Source of the DNA: Muribaculaceae bacterium
GTDB taxonomy: Bacteria > Bacteroidota > Bacteroidia > Bacteroidales > Muribaculaceae
Length of the DNA stretch: 52,522 nucleotides
Direction: 5' to 3'
NCBI GenBank assembly: GCA_017390185.1
Contig: JAFPCM010000170.1
Coordinates: forward strand, 1-52,522
Below the pieces are notes generated by a model. That model was given only the letters and a program-made list of their open reading frames with translations, ran no database searches and was not told where the DNA came from. The position numbers and the translations under genes were made by a program. Shown here one piece after another: positions 1 through 8,296 of the stretch. The first letter of the stretch is position 1. Each line of letters begins with the position of its first letter.

Positions 1-278
1 GTGATAAATGGATTGTGCTCAATCGCTGTTGAGGCATCTTCTTCGGCGCCCAAATAGTCCTCGAGACTCAGTTTGGCTATTGCACGATAAAAATAGGGCT
101 GGGCAAGGTAGGGCTTTGCCTGTATGACTTGGTTGAAATATTGTATCGATAGCATGTAGTCCTCAAAGTATAGTGCGTTTCGACCGATGCGCATAACTTG
201 GTCGGTATTGATTTGTGCCGAGGTGTTGAGAGAGCACAAAAATGCTATTGAAATGATGATATGTTTGACAAATTTCAT
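1..278 (-). CDS. TPR-repeat protein, N-terminal part (gene continues beyond the left edge)
   Basis: Reverse-strand ATG at 276-278. Translation is MKFVKHIIISIAFLCSLNTSAQINTDQVMRIGRNALYFEDY...AKPYLAQPYFYRAIAK, a signal peptide followed by TPR-like helices. The frame stays open to position 1. Confidence 0.6.
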   Translation of the reverse strand, partial: MKFVKHIIISIAFLCSLNTSAQINTDQVMRIGRNALYFEDYMLSIQYFNQVIQAKPYLAQPYFYRAIAKLSLEDYLGAEEDASTAIEHNPFI

Positions 279-297
279 GTGTATGCTTATTTTTTTG

Positions 298-305
298 CAA
301 AAATA
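298..305 (-). promoter_or_regulatory. Bacteroidota -7 promoter box (TATTTTTG) for the partial TPR gene
   Basis: Exact TAnnTTTG match on the minus strand, 20 nt upstream of the ATG at 278. Confidence 0.4.
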
Positions 306-371
306 AGGCAATAAAGCCAAATGGCAAGTAAAAAAGTTGATATAAAATTTCAAAAGATGTATCATTGTGTG

Positions 372-379
372 TAAATTTG
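372..379 (+). promoter_or_regulatory. -7 promoter box (TAAATTTG) for ndh
   Basis: Exact TAnnTTTG match about 60 nt upstream of the ATG at 441. Confidence 0.4.
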
Positions 380-440
380 CAGTATGAATGCAGAACACAT
401 TAAAGTTTGGCGTGTTCTATATGTTAAAAGATTGTTTAGA

Positions 441-1730
441 ATGAAAGGTAAAGAAAAGATTGTAATTATCGGCGGTGGTTTTGCCGGATTGAATCTTGTT
501 AAAAAACTTGACAAGTCAAAGTTTGAGGTTGTATTAGTTGACCGCAACAACTATCATAGTTTCCCTCCGTTGTTCTATCAAATTGCGTCGTCGGGTCTCG
601 ACCCCGGTAGCATTTCGTTTCCCTATCGTCGCGAAATGCGCAAGTTGAGTTCTAAGGGTGCTCGTTATCAAATGGGAAATGTCGAGCAGATTGATGTCGT
701 AAACAAGACGGTGAAAACAAGTCTTGATACTATCCAATATGACAAATTGGTGATTGCTGCCGGCACAACCAACAACTTTTTTGGCATGAATGATTTGCAC
801 AAAAAGGTATATACGCTTAAAAGTACTCCCGAAGCAATTCGTTGCCGTAATGAAATCCTTGACCGTTTGGAACGTGCAAGTGTTTCTCACGACCCGGAAG
901 AGCGTCGTCGTTTGTTGAGCTTTGTCGTGATTGGTGGTGGTCCCACAGGAGTGGAAATTGCCGGTGCGATTGGCGAAATGAAACGATATATTCTTCATCG
1001 CGAGTATCCCGATATTTCGGTTGATGAGTTGTCAATCACATTGGTTGAAGGTACCGATCGATTGTTGCGCACAATGAGCGATACAGCATCGCGCGAAGCA
1101 TTGGAATATTTGGGCCATCTTATGGTTGACGTCAAGTTGGGCAAAATCATGAAGTCATATGAAAATGATGTAGTGACATTTGCCGACGGTGAAGAAATCT
1201 ATTCTGAAATGGTGATTTGGACTGCTGGTGTAACAGGCGAGCCGATGGAGATCGTAGGTGCAGAGTTCCAACGTGGTCCCGGCAACCGTTTTGTGGTTGA
1301 TGAATACAACCGCGTGAAAGGTCTTGATGATGTGTTTGCTCTTGGAGACATCGCGTTGATGATGGGTGGTGATTACCCCAAAGGTCATCCACAATTGGCG
1401 CAAGTAGCTATTCAGCAAGCGGCACTTCTCGCTAAACATTTGAATAAAGGCGAATTTAAACAAGCTTTCAAATATAACGATAAGGGTTCGATGGCAACTG
1501 TTGGCCGCAACCGTGCGGTGGCCGACCTTAATCACATGCACCTCTATGGCCGTCCTGCATGGTTGGCATGGATGTTTGTGCACTTGATTTCAATATTGGG
1601 CATGCGCAATAAGATTTCGGTGCTGATGAATTGGATTTGGGCTTATTGCACATATAGCACATCGTTGCGATTGCTCATTCACACAAGTAAGTTTCCATTG
1701 CGTCGCCGTTGGAACGAGGACTTAAGCTAA
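441..1730 (+). CDS. ndh: Type II NADH:quinone oxidoreductase (NDH-2)
   Basis: ORF 384-1730. I prefer the internal ATG at 441 (MKGKEKIVIIGGGFAGL, the first dinucleotide-binding GxGxxG). A second Rossmann motif, VVIGGGPTGVE, follows. Length and layout are typical of NDH-2. Confidence 0.85.
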   Translation: MKGKEKIVIIGGGFAGLNLVKKLDKSKFEVVLVDRNNYHSFPPLFYQIASSGLDPGSISFPYRREMRKLSSKGARYQMGNVEQIDVVNKTVKTSLDTIQYDKLVIAAGTTNNFFGMNDLHKKVYTLKSTPEAIRCRNEILDRLERASVSHDPEERRRLLSFVVIGGGPTGVEIAGAIGEMKRYILHREYPDISVDELSITLVEGTDRLLRTMSDTASREALEYLGHLMVDVKLGKIMKSYENDVVTFADGEEIYSEMVIWTAGVTGEPMEIVGAEFQRGPGNRFVVDEYNRVKGLDDVFALGDIALMMGGDYPKGHPQLAQVAIQQAALLAKHLNKGEFKQAFKYNDKGSMATVGRNRAVADLNHMHLYGRPAWLAWMFVHLISILGMRNKISVLMNWIWAYCTYSTSLRLLIHTSKFPLRRRWNEDLS

Positions 1731-1753
1731 AATAGGTAAAATCACAGCCAATC

Positions 1754-2326
1754 ATGTCACAGATAGACGACGATATAAAACTTGCTTGCGAAACACTGAA
1801 AAAGGGTGGAGTTATACTTTATCCGACTGACACGGTGTGGGGTATCGGTTGCGATGCCACACGCAGTGATGCTGTGCGACGGGTTTACGAAATCAAGCGT
1901 CGAGCCGATAATAAGGCGCTCATTGTGATGTTGGGCGACGTCAATGTCCTTGACCGATATGTTGATGAAGTGCCCGAGGTTGCTTATGACTTGATAGAGT
2001 TGTCGGACAAGCCGATTACTATCGTTTATGATCAAGGTATAAATCTTGCGCCTGAGTTGTTGGGCGAAGATGGAAGTGTCGGCATAAGGGTTACAAGTGA
2101 AGAGTTTTCTCAGAGATTGTGCAGTTCATATCGTCGCCCCATCGTGTCAACATCGGCCAATGTTAGCGGCGAACCCACGGCAGCCACTTTTTCACAAATC
2201 AGCGATGAAATAAAATCGCAGGTTGATTATATAGTAAAAAGTAAACAACGCGACAATGCCGAACATCAACCTTCGAGTGTTATCAAGCTTGGCGCTGACG
2301 GCTCGGTTAAAATAATCAGAAAATAA
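1754..2326 (+). CDS. tsaC: L-threonylcarbamoyladenylate synthase (YrdC/TsaC family)
   Basis: 190 aa with ILYPTDTVWGIGCDA and STSANVSGEP motifs typical of the YrdC domain. Confidence 0.8.
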   Translation: MSQIDDDIKLACETLKKGGVILYPTDTVWGIGCDATRSDAVRRVYEIKRRADNKALIVMLGDVNVLDRYVDEVPEVAYDLIELSDKPITIVYDQGINLAPELLGEDGSVGIRVTSEEFSQRLCSSYRRPIVSTSANVSGEPTAATFSQISDEIKSQVDYIVKSKQRDNAEHQPSSVIKLGADGSVKIIRK

Positions 2327-3744
2327 TGATAGGAACAAAACGACAAAGAGCAAAATATGTGGTCGGGGACTTTTTCTCGACCAATTTGGCTTGTTTGTTG
2401 TTTAATATTGTTCGCTATTATTTTGATAGCCAGATTATAGCCGACTACGGGTCATTGACTCGTTTCTTGTCGTCACCAATGGTTGTGGTGGGACAAGTAG
2501 TGTTCCCGTTAGTGCTATTGGGCGTATATTATTTGTCGGGCTATTACAATGGTGTGTTCCTCAAGTCGCGCCTAAAAGAGGTCATAACCACTGCTACCAC
2601 AGCATTGGTGGGCATGATAATCATTTTTTTTGTGGCCATTGTTAACGACCACATTGCCGGCCGAGCATTTGCCTATGAGCTGATGCTGTTGCTGTTTGCA
2701 GTATTGTTTGTGCCGGTTTATTTAGTTCGTTATAGCATCACCCGAGTTGCCACTCGCAAGATTCACAATCGCGAGTGGTCGTTTAATACACTCATAGTTG
2801 GTACATCTGTAACCGCAACCAAACTTGAGCAGCGTTTGCGCGAAATGAAGAAGTCGATGGGCTTTAATGTTGTGGGATATGTGCAGATTCTTGACGGTGA
2901 GCTTGACCGTGAATTGAATTTGCCTGTATATGATATCGCTGAAATTGAAGAGGTGTGTGCCCGATTAAACATTAAAAATCTCATCGTGATACCACATCGA
3001 CATGGCATCAAGGCGACAATGTCGTTGGTAAACAGTTTGTTGCCACTTGATTGTCCGATCTATATTTCGCCAGATTTGTATCAATTGCTCACCTCAAAGG
3101 TTCGCATTTCAAATGTCGTTGGCGAGCCGCTGGTTGATATTTCTCGCTCTCAAATGAGTGCGAGCACACGAAATCTTAAGCGAGTGAGCGATGTGGTGTT
3201 ATCGTTTATAACGTTGCTGTTGATTTCACCGTTGTTGCTTGTGATTGCCATCTTGGTGAAATGTGACTCTCGCGGTCCGGTGTTTTATCGTCAGGAGCGC
3301 ATAGGCTATCACAAGAAACCGTTTTATATATATAAATTCCGCTCGATGAAGGTTGATGCTGAGGCCGGAGGCCCGGCGTTGTCGACACTCAACGACGAGC
3401 GTATCACCCGTTTGGGTCGTGTGTTGCGCAAATATCGCCTTGATGAGTTGCCCAACTTTTGGAATGTCTTGCGCGGCGATATGTCGATCGTTGGTCCTCG
3501 TCCCGAACGCGAATACTACATTAAGCAGATATTGGCCAAAGCGCCTTATTATACATTGATTCATCAAGTCAGACCAGGGATTACTTCATGGGGTATGGTT
3601 AAGTATGGCTATGCTTCAGATGTAGATGGCATGATTGAGCGATTGAAATATGACCTATTATATATAGAGAATGTGTCGATGCTCGTTGACTTGAAAATAT
3701 TGTTTTACACAGTACAGATAGTAGTTACCGGAAAGGGAATATAA
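2326..3744 (+). CDS. Polyprenyl-phosphate glycosyl-1-phosphate transferase (bacterial sugar transferase, WbaP/EpsB-like)
   Basis: N-terminal TM segments plus a C-terminal sugar-transferase domain (RPGITSWG, DELPNFWNVLRGDMSIVGPRPE). The start overlaps the tsaC stop (TAATG). Confidence 0.8.
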   Translation: MIGTKRQRAKYVVGDFFSTNLACLLFNIVRYYFDSQIIADYGSLTRFLSSPMVVVGQVVFPLVLLGVYYLSGYYNGVFLKSRLKEVITTATTALVGMIIIFFVAIVNDHIAGRAFAYELMLLLFAVLFVPVYLVRYSITRVATRKIHNREWSFNTLIVGTSVTATKLEQRLREMKKSMGFNVVGYVQILDGELDRELNLPVYDIAEIEEVCARLNIKNLIVIPHRHGIKATMSLVNSLLPLDCPIYISPDLYQLLTSKVRISNVVGEPLVDISRSQMSASTRNLKRVSDVVLSFITLLLISPLLLVIAILVKCDSRGPVFYRQERIGYHKKPFYIYKFRSMKVDAEAGGPALSTLNDERITRLGRVLRKYRLDELPNFWNVLRGDMSIVGPRPEREYYIKQILAKAPYYTLIHQVRPGITSWGMVKYGYASDVDGMIERLKYDLLYIENVSMLVDLKILFYTVQIVVTGKGI

Positions 3745-5549
3745 TGAAACTCAAAATACAAGAATTAAAACAAAAGGCATCGGACTTGTTTATGCGATTT
3801 GTGCTATGGCGCCAACAGCATATAAAGGAGAAAACCTTTGTGATGATAATGGCATTGTTTGTAGGCTTGTTTGCCGGATTTGCCGCATTGTTGCTTAAGA
3901 CACTTATTCATGTTATCTCTGATATGCTCACATCGCATGTGCATATTACCGGAGGTAACTATTTATATCTCATTTATCCGGCGTTGGGTATTCTCATCAC
4001 AGGTATATATGTGAGATATGTGGTTAAAGACAATATTTCACATGGGGTGACTCGTGTATTGCATGCGATATCGCAAAATAAAAGCCGATTGAAACCACAT
4101 AACATATACACATCTGTAACAGCAAGTTCGATTACAATCGGTTTTGGCGGTTCGGTTGGAGCCGAAGGCCCCATTGTTTACACAGGAGCTGCCATCGGAT
4201 CAAATCTCGGCTCAATGTTCCGCTTGTCGCCGCGAGTATTGATGATCATGGTGGGGTGTGGTGCTGCAGCTGGTATTGCGGGCATTTTCAAGGCTCCGAT
4301 TGCGGGTATGCTGTTTGCTATTGAGGTGCTGATGCTTGACCTGACAACAGTGTCGATTATGCCGCTACTCATTGCGTCAATTACAAGTGCTACAGTAGCA
4401 TATATATTTACTGGCTATGATGTGGAGTTCTTCTTTGTGCAGAGCGAGCCGTTTGTGACTCAACGCATTCCATATGTGATATTGCTTGGCGTTTTCTGCG
4501 GGCTGGTGTCGCTATACTTTACGCGTGCCATGAATATGATGGAGAATTTTTTCCGTCGCTTTAAAAATCCGTGGACTAAAACAGCTGTGGGCGGTGCTAT
4601 ATTGGCCGTGCTCATTTATCTATTCCCTCCGTTGTATGGCGAAGGTTACACATCAATCACTTCGTTGCTCAATGGCAATACATCGTCAATTGTTGATGGT
4701 AGTATCTTCTATGGCGATGCCGATAGTGTGTGGTTTGTCCTCTTGTTTGTCGGCGCAATTATATTGATGAAAGTGTTTGCAACCTCGGCCACTAATGGAG
4801 GCGGCGGTGTGGGTGGTACTTTTGCTCCCTCGCTTTATGTCGGTTGTATGTCAGGTTTCTTCTTTGCCTATTTGCTCAACCATCTTGGCTTTGGTCTGGA
4901 ATTGTCGGTTAAGAACTTTGCATTGATGGGAATGGCGGGAGTTATGTCGGCCGTTATGCATGCTCCGTTGATGGCTATCTTCTTGACGGCAGAGTTGACA
5001 GGCGGGTTTGACTTGTTCTTGTCGTTGCTCATTGTATCTACCATATCTTATGGCACTATCAAAGTGTTTGAAAAATATAGCATCTACACAATGCGTTTGG
5101 CGCAGCGCGGAGAGTTGATAACTCATCATAAAGATAAAGCGGTGTTGACATTGCTCAAAATGGACAGTGTTATCGAAAAAGACTTTATGACCGTACGCCC
5201 CGAAATGTCGCTAAAAGAAATGGTCGATGTTATTTCGCAGTCAAACCGTAACTTGTTCCCGGTTATTAATAATGACAACGTATTATTGGGCGTTGTGTTG
5301 CTTGATGATATTCGCAATATTATGTTCCGTCCCGACTTATATCGCAAGATGAAGGTTAACAAGTTTATGAGTATGCCTCCGGCAAAGATTGAAGTGGGAG
5401 AGAGCATGGAGCGCGTAATGAAAACATTTGACGATACAGGCGCATGGAATTTGCCCGTTGTAGAGAATGGCAAATATGTGGGATTTGTGTCAAAATCAAA
5501 GATATTCAATTCCTACCGCCGTGTGCTCCGTCACTATTCCGAAGACTAA
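3744..5549 (+). CDS. ClC-family chloride channel/antiporter with C-terminal CBS pair
   Basis: Polytopic membrane protein with GSVGAEGP, GIFKAPIAG and GTFAPSLYVG selectivity-filter-like motifs. The roughly 140 aa C-terminal region is CBS-like. The start overlaps the upstream stop (TAATG). Confidence 0.8.
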   Translation: MKLKIQELKQKASDLFMRFVLWRQQHIKEKTFVMIMALFVGLFAGFAALLLKTLIHVISDMLTSHVHITGGNYLYLIYPALGILITGIYVRYVVKDNISHGVTRVLHAISQNKSRLKPHNIYTSVTASSITIGFGGSVGAEGPIVYTGAAIGSNLGSMFRLSPRVLMIMVGCGAAAGIAGIFKAPIAGMLFAIEVLMLDLTTVSIMPLLIASITSATVAYIFTGYDVEFFFVQSEPFVTQRIPYVILLGVFCGLVSLYFTRAMNMMENFFRRFKNPWTKTAVGGAILAVLIYLFPPLYGEGYTSITSLLNGNTSSIVDGSIFYGDADSVWFVLLFVGAIILMKVFATSATNGGGGVGGTFAPSLYVGCMSGFFFAYLLNHLGFGLELSVKNFALMGMAGVMSAVMHAPLMAIFLTAELTGGFDLFLSLLIVSTISYGTIKVFEKYSIYTMRLAQRGELITHHKDKAVLTLLKMDSVIEKDFMTVRPEMSLKEMVDVISQSNRNLFPVINNDNVLLGVVLLDDIRNIMFRPDLYRKMKVNKFMSMPPAKIEVGESMERVMKTFDDTGAWNLPVVENGKYVGFVSKSKIFNSYRRVLRHYSED

Positions 5550-5566
5550 TTAGTGTGATAACATAG

Positions 5567-5601
5567 AAATCTCCGACGCGTAACGTGCCGGAGATTTTTT
5601 T
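5567..5601 (+). terminator. Intrinsic terminator after the ClC gene
   Basis: AAATCTCCGACG...CGTGCCGGAGATTT hairpin followed by a T7 run. Confidence 0.7.
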
Positions 5602-5722
5602 GTGACTAGAGTTGTTGTGTCGACTTTGGCACTGTTGTCTTGTGATAGTGTGTCTACAAGTTGTTGGGGTGTCGCCAATGTACAAGAACCGACTTTGATT
5701 AGAATGCGGAGCATTTACCCTA

Positions 5723-5760
5723 TAAAAAAAAGAGGCTGTTTCCATGGAAACAGCCTCTTT
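5723..5760 (-). terminator. Intrinsic terminator after rpsO
   Basis: AGAGGCTGTTTCCATGGAAACAGCCTCT perfect hairpin. On the minus strand it is followed by a T8 run. Confidence 0.75.
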
Positions 5761-5786
5761 GTAATCGTCGAGTAGAGCAACAGTGC

Positions 5787-6062
5787 TTACTTTCTGATAC
5801 CAAGCTCTTTTTGAGCGATGATCGCACGGTAGCGGTTGATGTCTTTTTTCTTGAGGTAGTCAAGAAGGCTACGACGCTTACCTACGAGCGCTTTAAGAGC
5901 ACGCGCTGTTGTATAATCTTTGTGATTTGACTTGAGGTGTTCAGTCAAATGAGCGATACGAACCGAGAATAATGCAATCTGTGCTTCAGGTGAGCCAGTG
6001 TCAGTCTTGCCCTTACCGTATTTCTCAAAGATTTCTACTTTTTGTTCAGAATTCAAGTGCAT
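5787..6062 (-). CDS. rpsO: 30S ribosomal protein S15
   Basis: 91 aa, ...TGSPEAQIALFSVRIAHLTEHLKSNHKDYTTARALKALVGKRRSLLDYLKKKD..., canonical S15. Confidence 0.95.
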   Translation of the reverse strand: MHLNSEQKVEIFEKYGKGKTDTGSPEAQIALFSVRIAHLTEHLKSNHKDYTTARALKALVGKRRSLLDYLKKKDINRYRAIIAQKELGIRK

Positions 6063-6111
6063 TCCTAAAAAGTTTTGATGGTTAATAAATATGATTTTGA
6101 TTTAGCGAGTG

Positions 6112-6119
6112 CAAAGTTA
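6112..6119 (-). promoter_or_regulatory. -7 promoter box (TAACTTTG) for rpsO
   Basis: Exact TAnnTTTG on the minus strand, 50 nt upstream of the ATG at 6062. Confidence 0.45.
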
Positions 6120-6168
6120 GTCAAAAAAAACGAAATGACCAACAGTTAACTCGTTATTTTTGCAATGA

Positions 6169-6504
6169 TTAGTCGAGATTGATTTTGTCCTTAGATGGAT
6201 TGCGGTAGTGAATTTTGCCTTCGGCATATTCTTGCGCAGCGATAAGGGTGGGTTTGGGGAGTTTTTCGTAGTAACGAGAAATGTCGATTTGCTCGCGGTT
6301 TTCAGTTACTTCTTCGAGTTGGTCGGCGTTTGTTGAGAACTCAGTGAGTTTTTTGTCAAGGTCGCTTTTCATCTGTTCTGCGATTTGGTTGGCACGATAA
6401 GCGATGATGCTTACTGTTTCGTAAACATTGCCTGTGTCTTTTGACAACTCAATCATGTCGCGAGTGACTGTGTTGTGAGGAGCGTTTGATTTCTTGTAAT
6501 CCAT
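6169..6504 (-). CDS. rpoZ: RNA polymerase omega-subunit-like protein (Rpb6 family, Bacteroidota type)
   Basis: I start at the internal ATG at 6504 (MDYKKSNAPHNTVTRDMIELSKDTGNVYETVSIIAYRANQIA...). The upstream part of ORF 6169-6633 is low-complexity and overlaps bamD. The position directly downstream of bamD is typical for this phylum. Confidence 0.7.
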   Translation of the reverse strand: MDYKKSNAPHNTVTRDMIELSKDTGNVYETVSIIAYRANQIAEQMKSDLDKKLTEFSTNADQLEEVTENREQIDISRYYEKLPKPTLIAAQEYAEGKIHYRNPSKDKINLD

Positions 6505-6529
6505 AATTAATGTATAGTTGTTAATTGTT

Positions 6530-7330
6530 TTAGTCGTTAATGTATTTGGTTGCAATGTGGTAGATGTTGTCTGCCTCTTTGCGGTTGTGGCTATCGGGGT
6601 AGTTATTGATAAAAGAATAGTATTCGTCAACAACTACGCGAAAACGGTCGGCTTTTTTCTCTTCGACACTTTGGCTCGCTTCCTGATAGCGGGCTTTAAG
6701 TATCAGCAGTTCAAGCTCTTCTTTATATTTTGAGTAAGGGTAGTCTTTGATTGCGTTTTTGGCTACAATGACGGCTGATTCGTAGTTGTTGCCCATGTAA
6801 TTGCCTAAGTTGTAGTAGAGCTGAGCGTTTTGTAGCTCTTTAAGTGTGAGCTTGTCTTGGAGCTCAAATATTGCGTTTTGGGCTATAGTCACTTTGTCGC
6901 TTTTGGGGTAATAGTCAAGAAAGGCTTGGAGTTCTTCTATTGCTTTGAGTGTGCCGCTTTGGTCAAGTTGAGACTCAGGCGAGTCAAGGTAGTAGCCATA
7001 TCCGCAATAGTAGCGTGCCAACTCGGTGTATTTGCCTTTTGGGTAGCGAGTGTAGTAGGTGTTGAAATATGCACCAGAACTTACATAATCCTTGTTCTCG
7101 TAGTGGCTCAATGCCAACAAATAGAGTGATTCTTCGGCTTTTGGAGTGCCTTTGAATACTGTGACGATGTCGGTAAGGATGGTTGAAGCTTGCACATACT
7201 TGCCGCTCTCAAATGCGCGCTTGGCATAGTCGAGCTTATAGTCATAGTCAGTGCTCTTTTGAACCTTGTAATACTCGCCGCATGATGTCAGCAAGGTGAG
7301 CAGTAGTGAGAATATGATGAGTTTACGCAT
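6530..7330 (-). CDS. bamD: Outer membrane protein assembly factor BamD (TPR lipoprotein)
   Basis: Start at MRKLIIFSLLLTLLTSCG (lipoprotein box LTSC), followed by TPR-like repeats throughout. About 266 aa. Confidence 0.8.
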   Translation of the reverse strand: MRKLIIFSLLLTLLTSCGEYYKVQKSTDYDYKLDYAKRAFESGKYVQASTILTDIVTVFKGTPKAEESLYLLALSHYENKDYVSSGAYFNTYYTRYPKGKYTELARYYCGYGYYLDSPESQLDQSGTLKAIEELQAFLDYYPKSDKVTIAQNAIFELQDKLTLKELQNAQLYYNLGNYMGNNYESAVIVAKNAIKDYPYSKYKEELELLILKARYQEASQSVEEKKADRFRVVVDEYYSFINNYPDSHNRKEADNIYHIATKYIND

Positions 7331-7352
7331 GTTGTCAGTTTTTATCAAGATG

Positions 7353-7360
7353 CAAAGTTA
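7353..7360 (-). promoter_or_regulatory. -7 promoter box (TAACTTTG) for bamD-rpoZ
   Basis: Exact TAnnTTTG on the minus strand, 23 nt upstream of the ATG at 7330. Confidence 0.5.
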
Positions 7361-7658
7361 CAAATATTTGCCGACAATATAAATTTTTCAACCCACTTTT
7401 TGGGTTAAAAGAGGTTTATATTTGTATAGAAATAGCCTTTAGCTCACAAAATATATAAAATTCATGCGAAATCAGCTCCGATTATATGATTTGTTTCAAA
7501 CAAAAGAAATCAGATGCTGAAAATAGCCAAATGGGGCAGCCCGCCTTAACTTCAACTATTGCACCTGATTTCAGTTACAAATTTAATGAATTAATTTATT
7601 GTCCCCAACAATATGACAAAATTTTCTGGCGTAACTGCCAATACAAGCTTGATGGTTG

Positions 7659-7928
7659 CTAGTTTATGATAGATGAAAACACAAATTCCCCTGTTTGGTC
7701 GGGTTCGATATTACTATGTTCTTTAGGCATAATACTCCCGTGTCTTATAGCAAATTTGTCGGGAATGCCATTTGGATATGCCTCACATGAACATTTGTCA
7801 TCGCCATGATAATGCTTGCAAATGTTGCATTTAGTGCCACACAGAAACAATGGGAAGCCACCATCACCAATAAATGGCTCATACACATATTCTTCATCCA
7901 ATTGTTTTTGTCTTTCTTCTCGTGTCAT
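7659..7928 (-). CDS. Hypothetical small cysteine-rich protein (89 aa)
   Basis: Intact ORF with its own -7 box. It has five clustered Cys (CGTKCNICKHYHGDDKCSC). I cannot name a family. Confidence 0.5.
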   Translation of the reverse strand: MTREERQKQLDEEYVYEPFIGDGGFPLFLCGTKCNICKHYHGDDKCSCEAYPNGIPDKFAIRHGSIMPKEHSNIEPDQTGEFVFSSIIN

Positions 7929-7947
7929 AGCGATGTAATTTTATATG

Positions 7948-7955
7948 CAAAAATA
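7948..7955 (-). promoter_or_regulatory. -7 promoter box (TATTTTTG) for the Cys-rich ORF
   Basis: Exact TAnnTTTG on the minus strand, 20 nt upstream of the ATG at 7928. Confidence 0.45.
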
Positions 7956-7977
7956 ATAAAAAACCGACATATATACA

Positions 7978-8030
7978 ATATTTTTGCTACCTTAATTCTT
8001 TGATAATTAAAGAATTTGCGTATATTTGTA
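7978..8030 (+). repeat. Copy A of a ~50 bp promoter/hairpin module
   Basis: ATTTTTGCTACCTTAATTCTTTGATAATTAAAGAATTTGCGTATATTTGTA. It contains the inverted repeat AATTCTTT/AAAGAATT and an exact TATATTTG box. It recurs at 8297-8348. Confidence 0.7.
8021..8028 (+). promoter_or_regulatory. -7 promoter box (TATATTTG) of repeat copy A
   Basis: Exact TAnnTTTG. A TTTG lies 18 nt upstream (possible -33). The ATG at 8033 is only 4 nt downstream. Confidence 0.45.
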
Positions 8031-8032
8031 AT

Positions 8033-8251
8033 ATGGAAATAAGAGAATGGTTTAAATTGGATAGCGAAATAACTCATATGATTGTTGTGTTAGGCAATAA
8101 TAATATGAAGGAAGAAATGTATGCTCTTGATGGCATTCATTCAAAATTATTTAGTCAATTAGATTCGTATGATATAGGCAAAGCCAATGAAGAAATTGAG
8201 TTTTTTAGGGAATTAACTAAAGACATTGACCCTGCAAGGGGAATCAAATAA
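8033..8251 (+). CDS. Hypothetical small acidic protein (72 aa)
   Basis: MEIREWFKLDSEITHMIVVLGNNNMKEEMYALDG... The longer TTG-initiated ORF from 8000 would read through the promoter module, so I use the ATG at 8033. The gene is followed by its own terminator. Confidence 0.45.
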   Translation: MEIREWFKLDSEITHMIVVLGNNNMKEEMYALDGIHSKLFSQLDSYDIGKANEEIEFFRELTKDIDPARGIK

Positions 8252-8255
8252 AACA

Positions 8256-8290
8256 AGAAGCACTGCTATCTCAGTGTTTCTTTTGTTTTT
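8256..8290 (+). terminator. Intrinsic terminator after the 72-aa ORF
   Basis: AGAAGCACTG-CTATCT-CAGTGTTTCT hairpin (one G-U pair) followed by TTTGTTTTT. Confidence 0.6.
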
Positions 8291-8296
8291 ACACAA

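Noticed and set aside
534-1583. Long antisense ORFs inside ndh (534-998, 817-1035, 1155-1583). Similar ones occur inside ftsH (39040-39489, 39615-40103), the DUF1015 gene (44520-45032), the helicase, dcp and others.
   Set aside because: Each lies opposite a gene with unmistakable family motifs. Their translations are low-complexity or Arg/Ser/Cys-rich with no motifs. They are the usual shadow frames.
5506-5745. A 79-aa minus-strand ORF in the ClC/rpsO spacer.
   Set aside because: It reads through two strong hairpin terminators, has no promoter box, and its composition is unlike neighbouring proteins.
6505-6633. N-terminal extensions offered by the ORF track. Examples: rpoZ-like 6505-6633, ndh 384-440, esterase 8691-8729, acyltransferase 20468-20509, DUF4250 35364-35468, fur 47177-47227, dcp 49443-49508, yeiH 28334-28372.
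   Set aside because: The extensions overlap promoters or neighbouring genes, or use non-ATG starts. They also precede an internal Met that begins a proper signal peptide or a conserved N-terminus.
7685-7705. A GGGTTCGAT string resembling a tRNA T-arm.
   Set aside because: No acceptor or anticodon stems can be drawn around it, and it lies inside the 89-aa ORF. I saw no tRNA, rRNA or tmRNA anywhere in the window.
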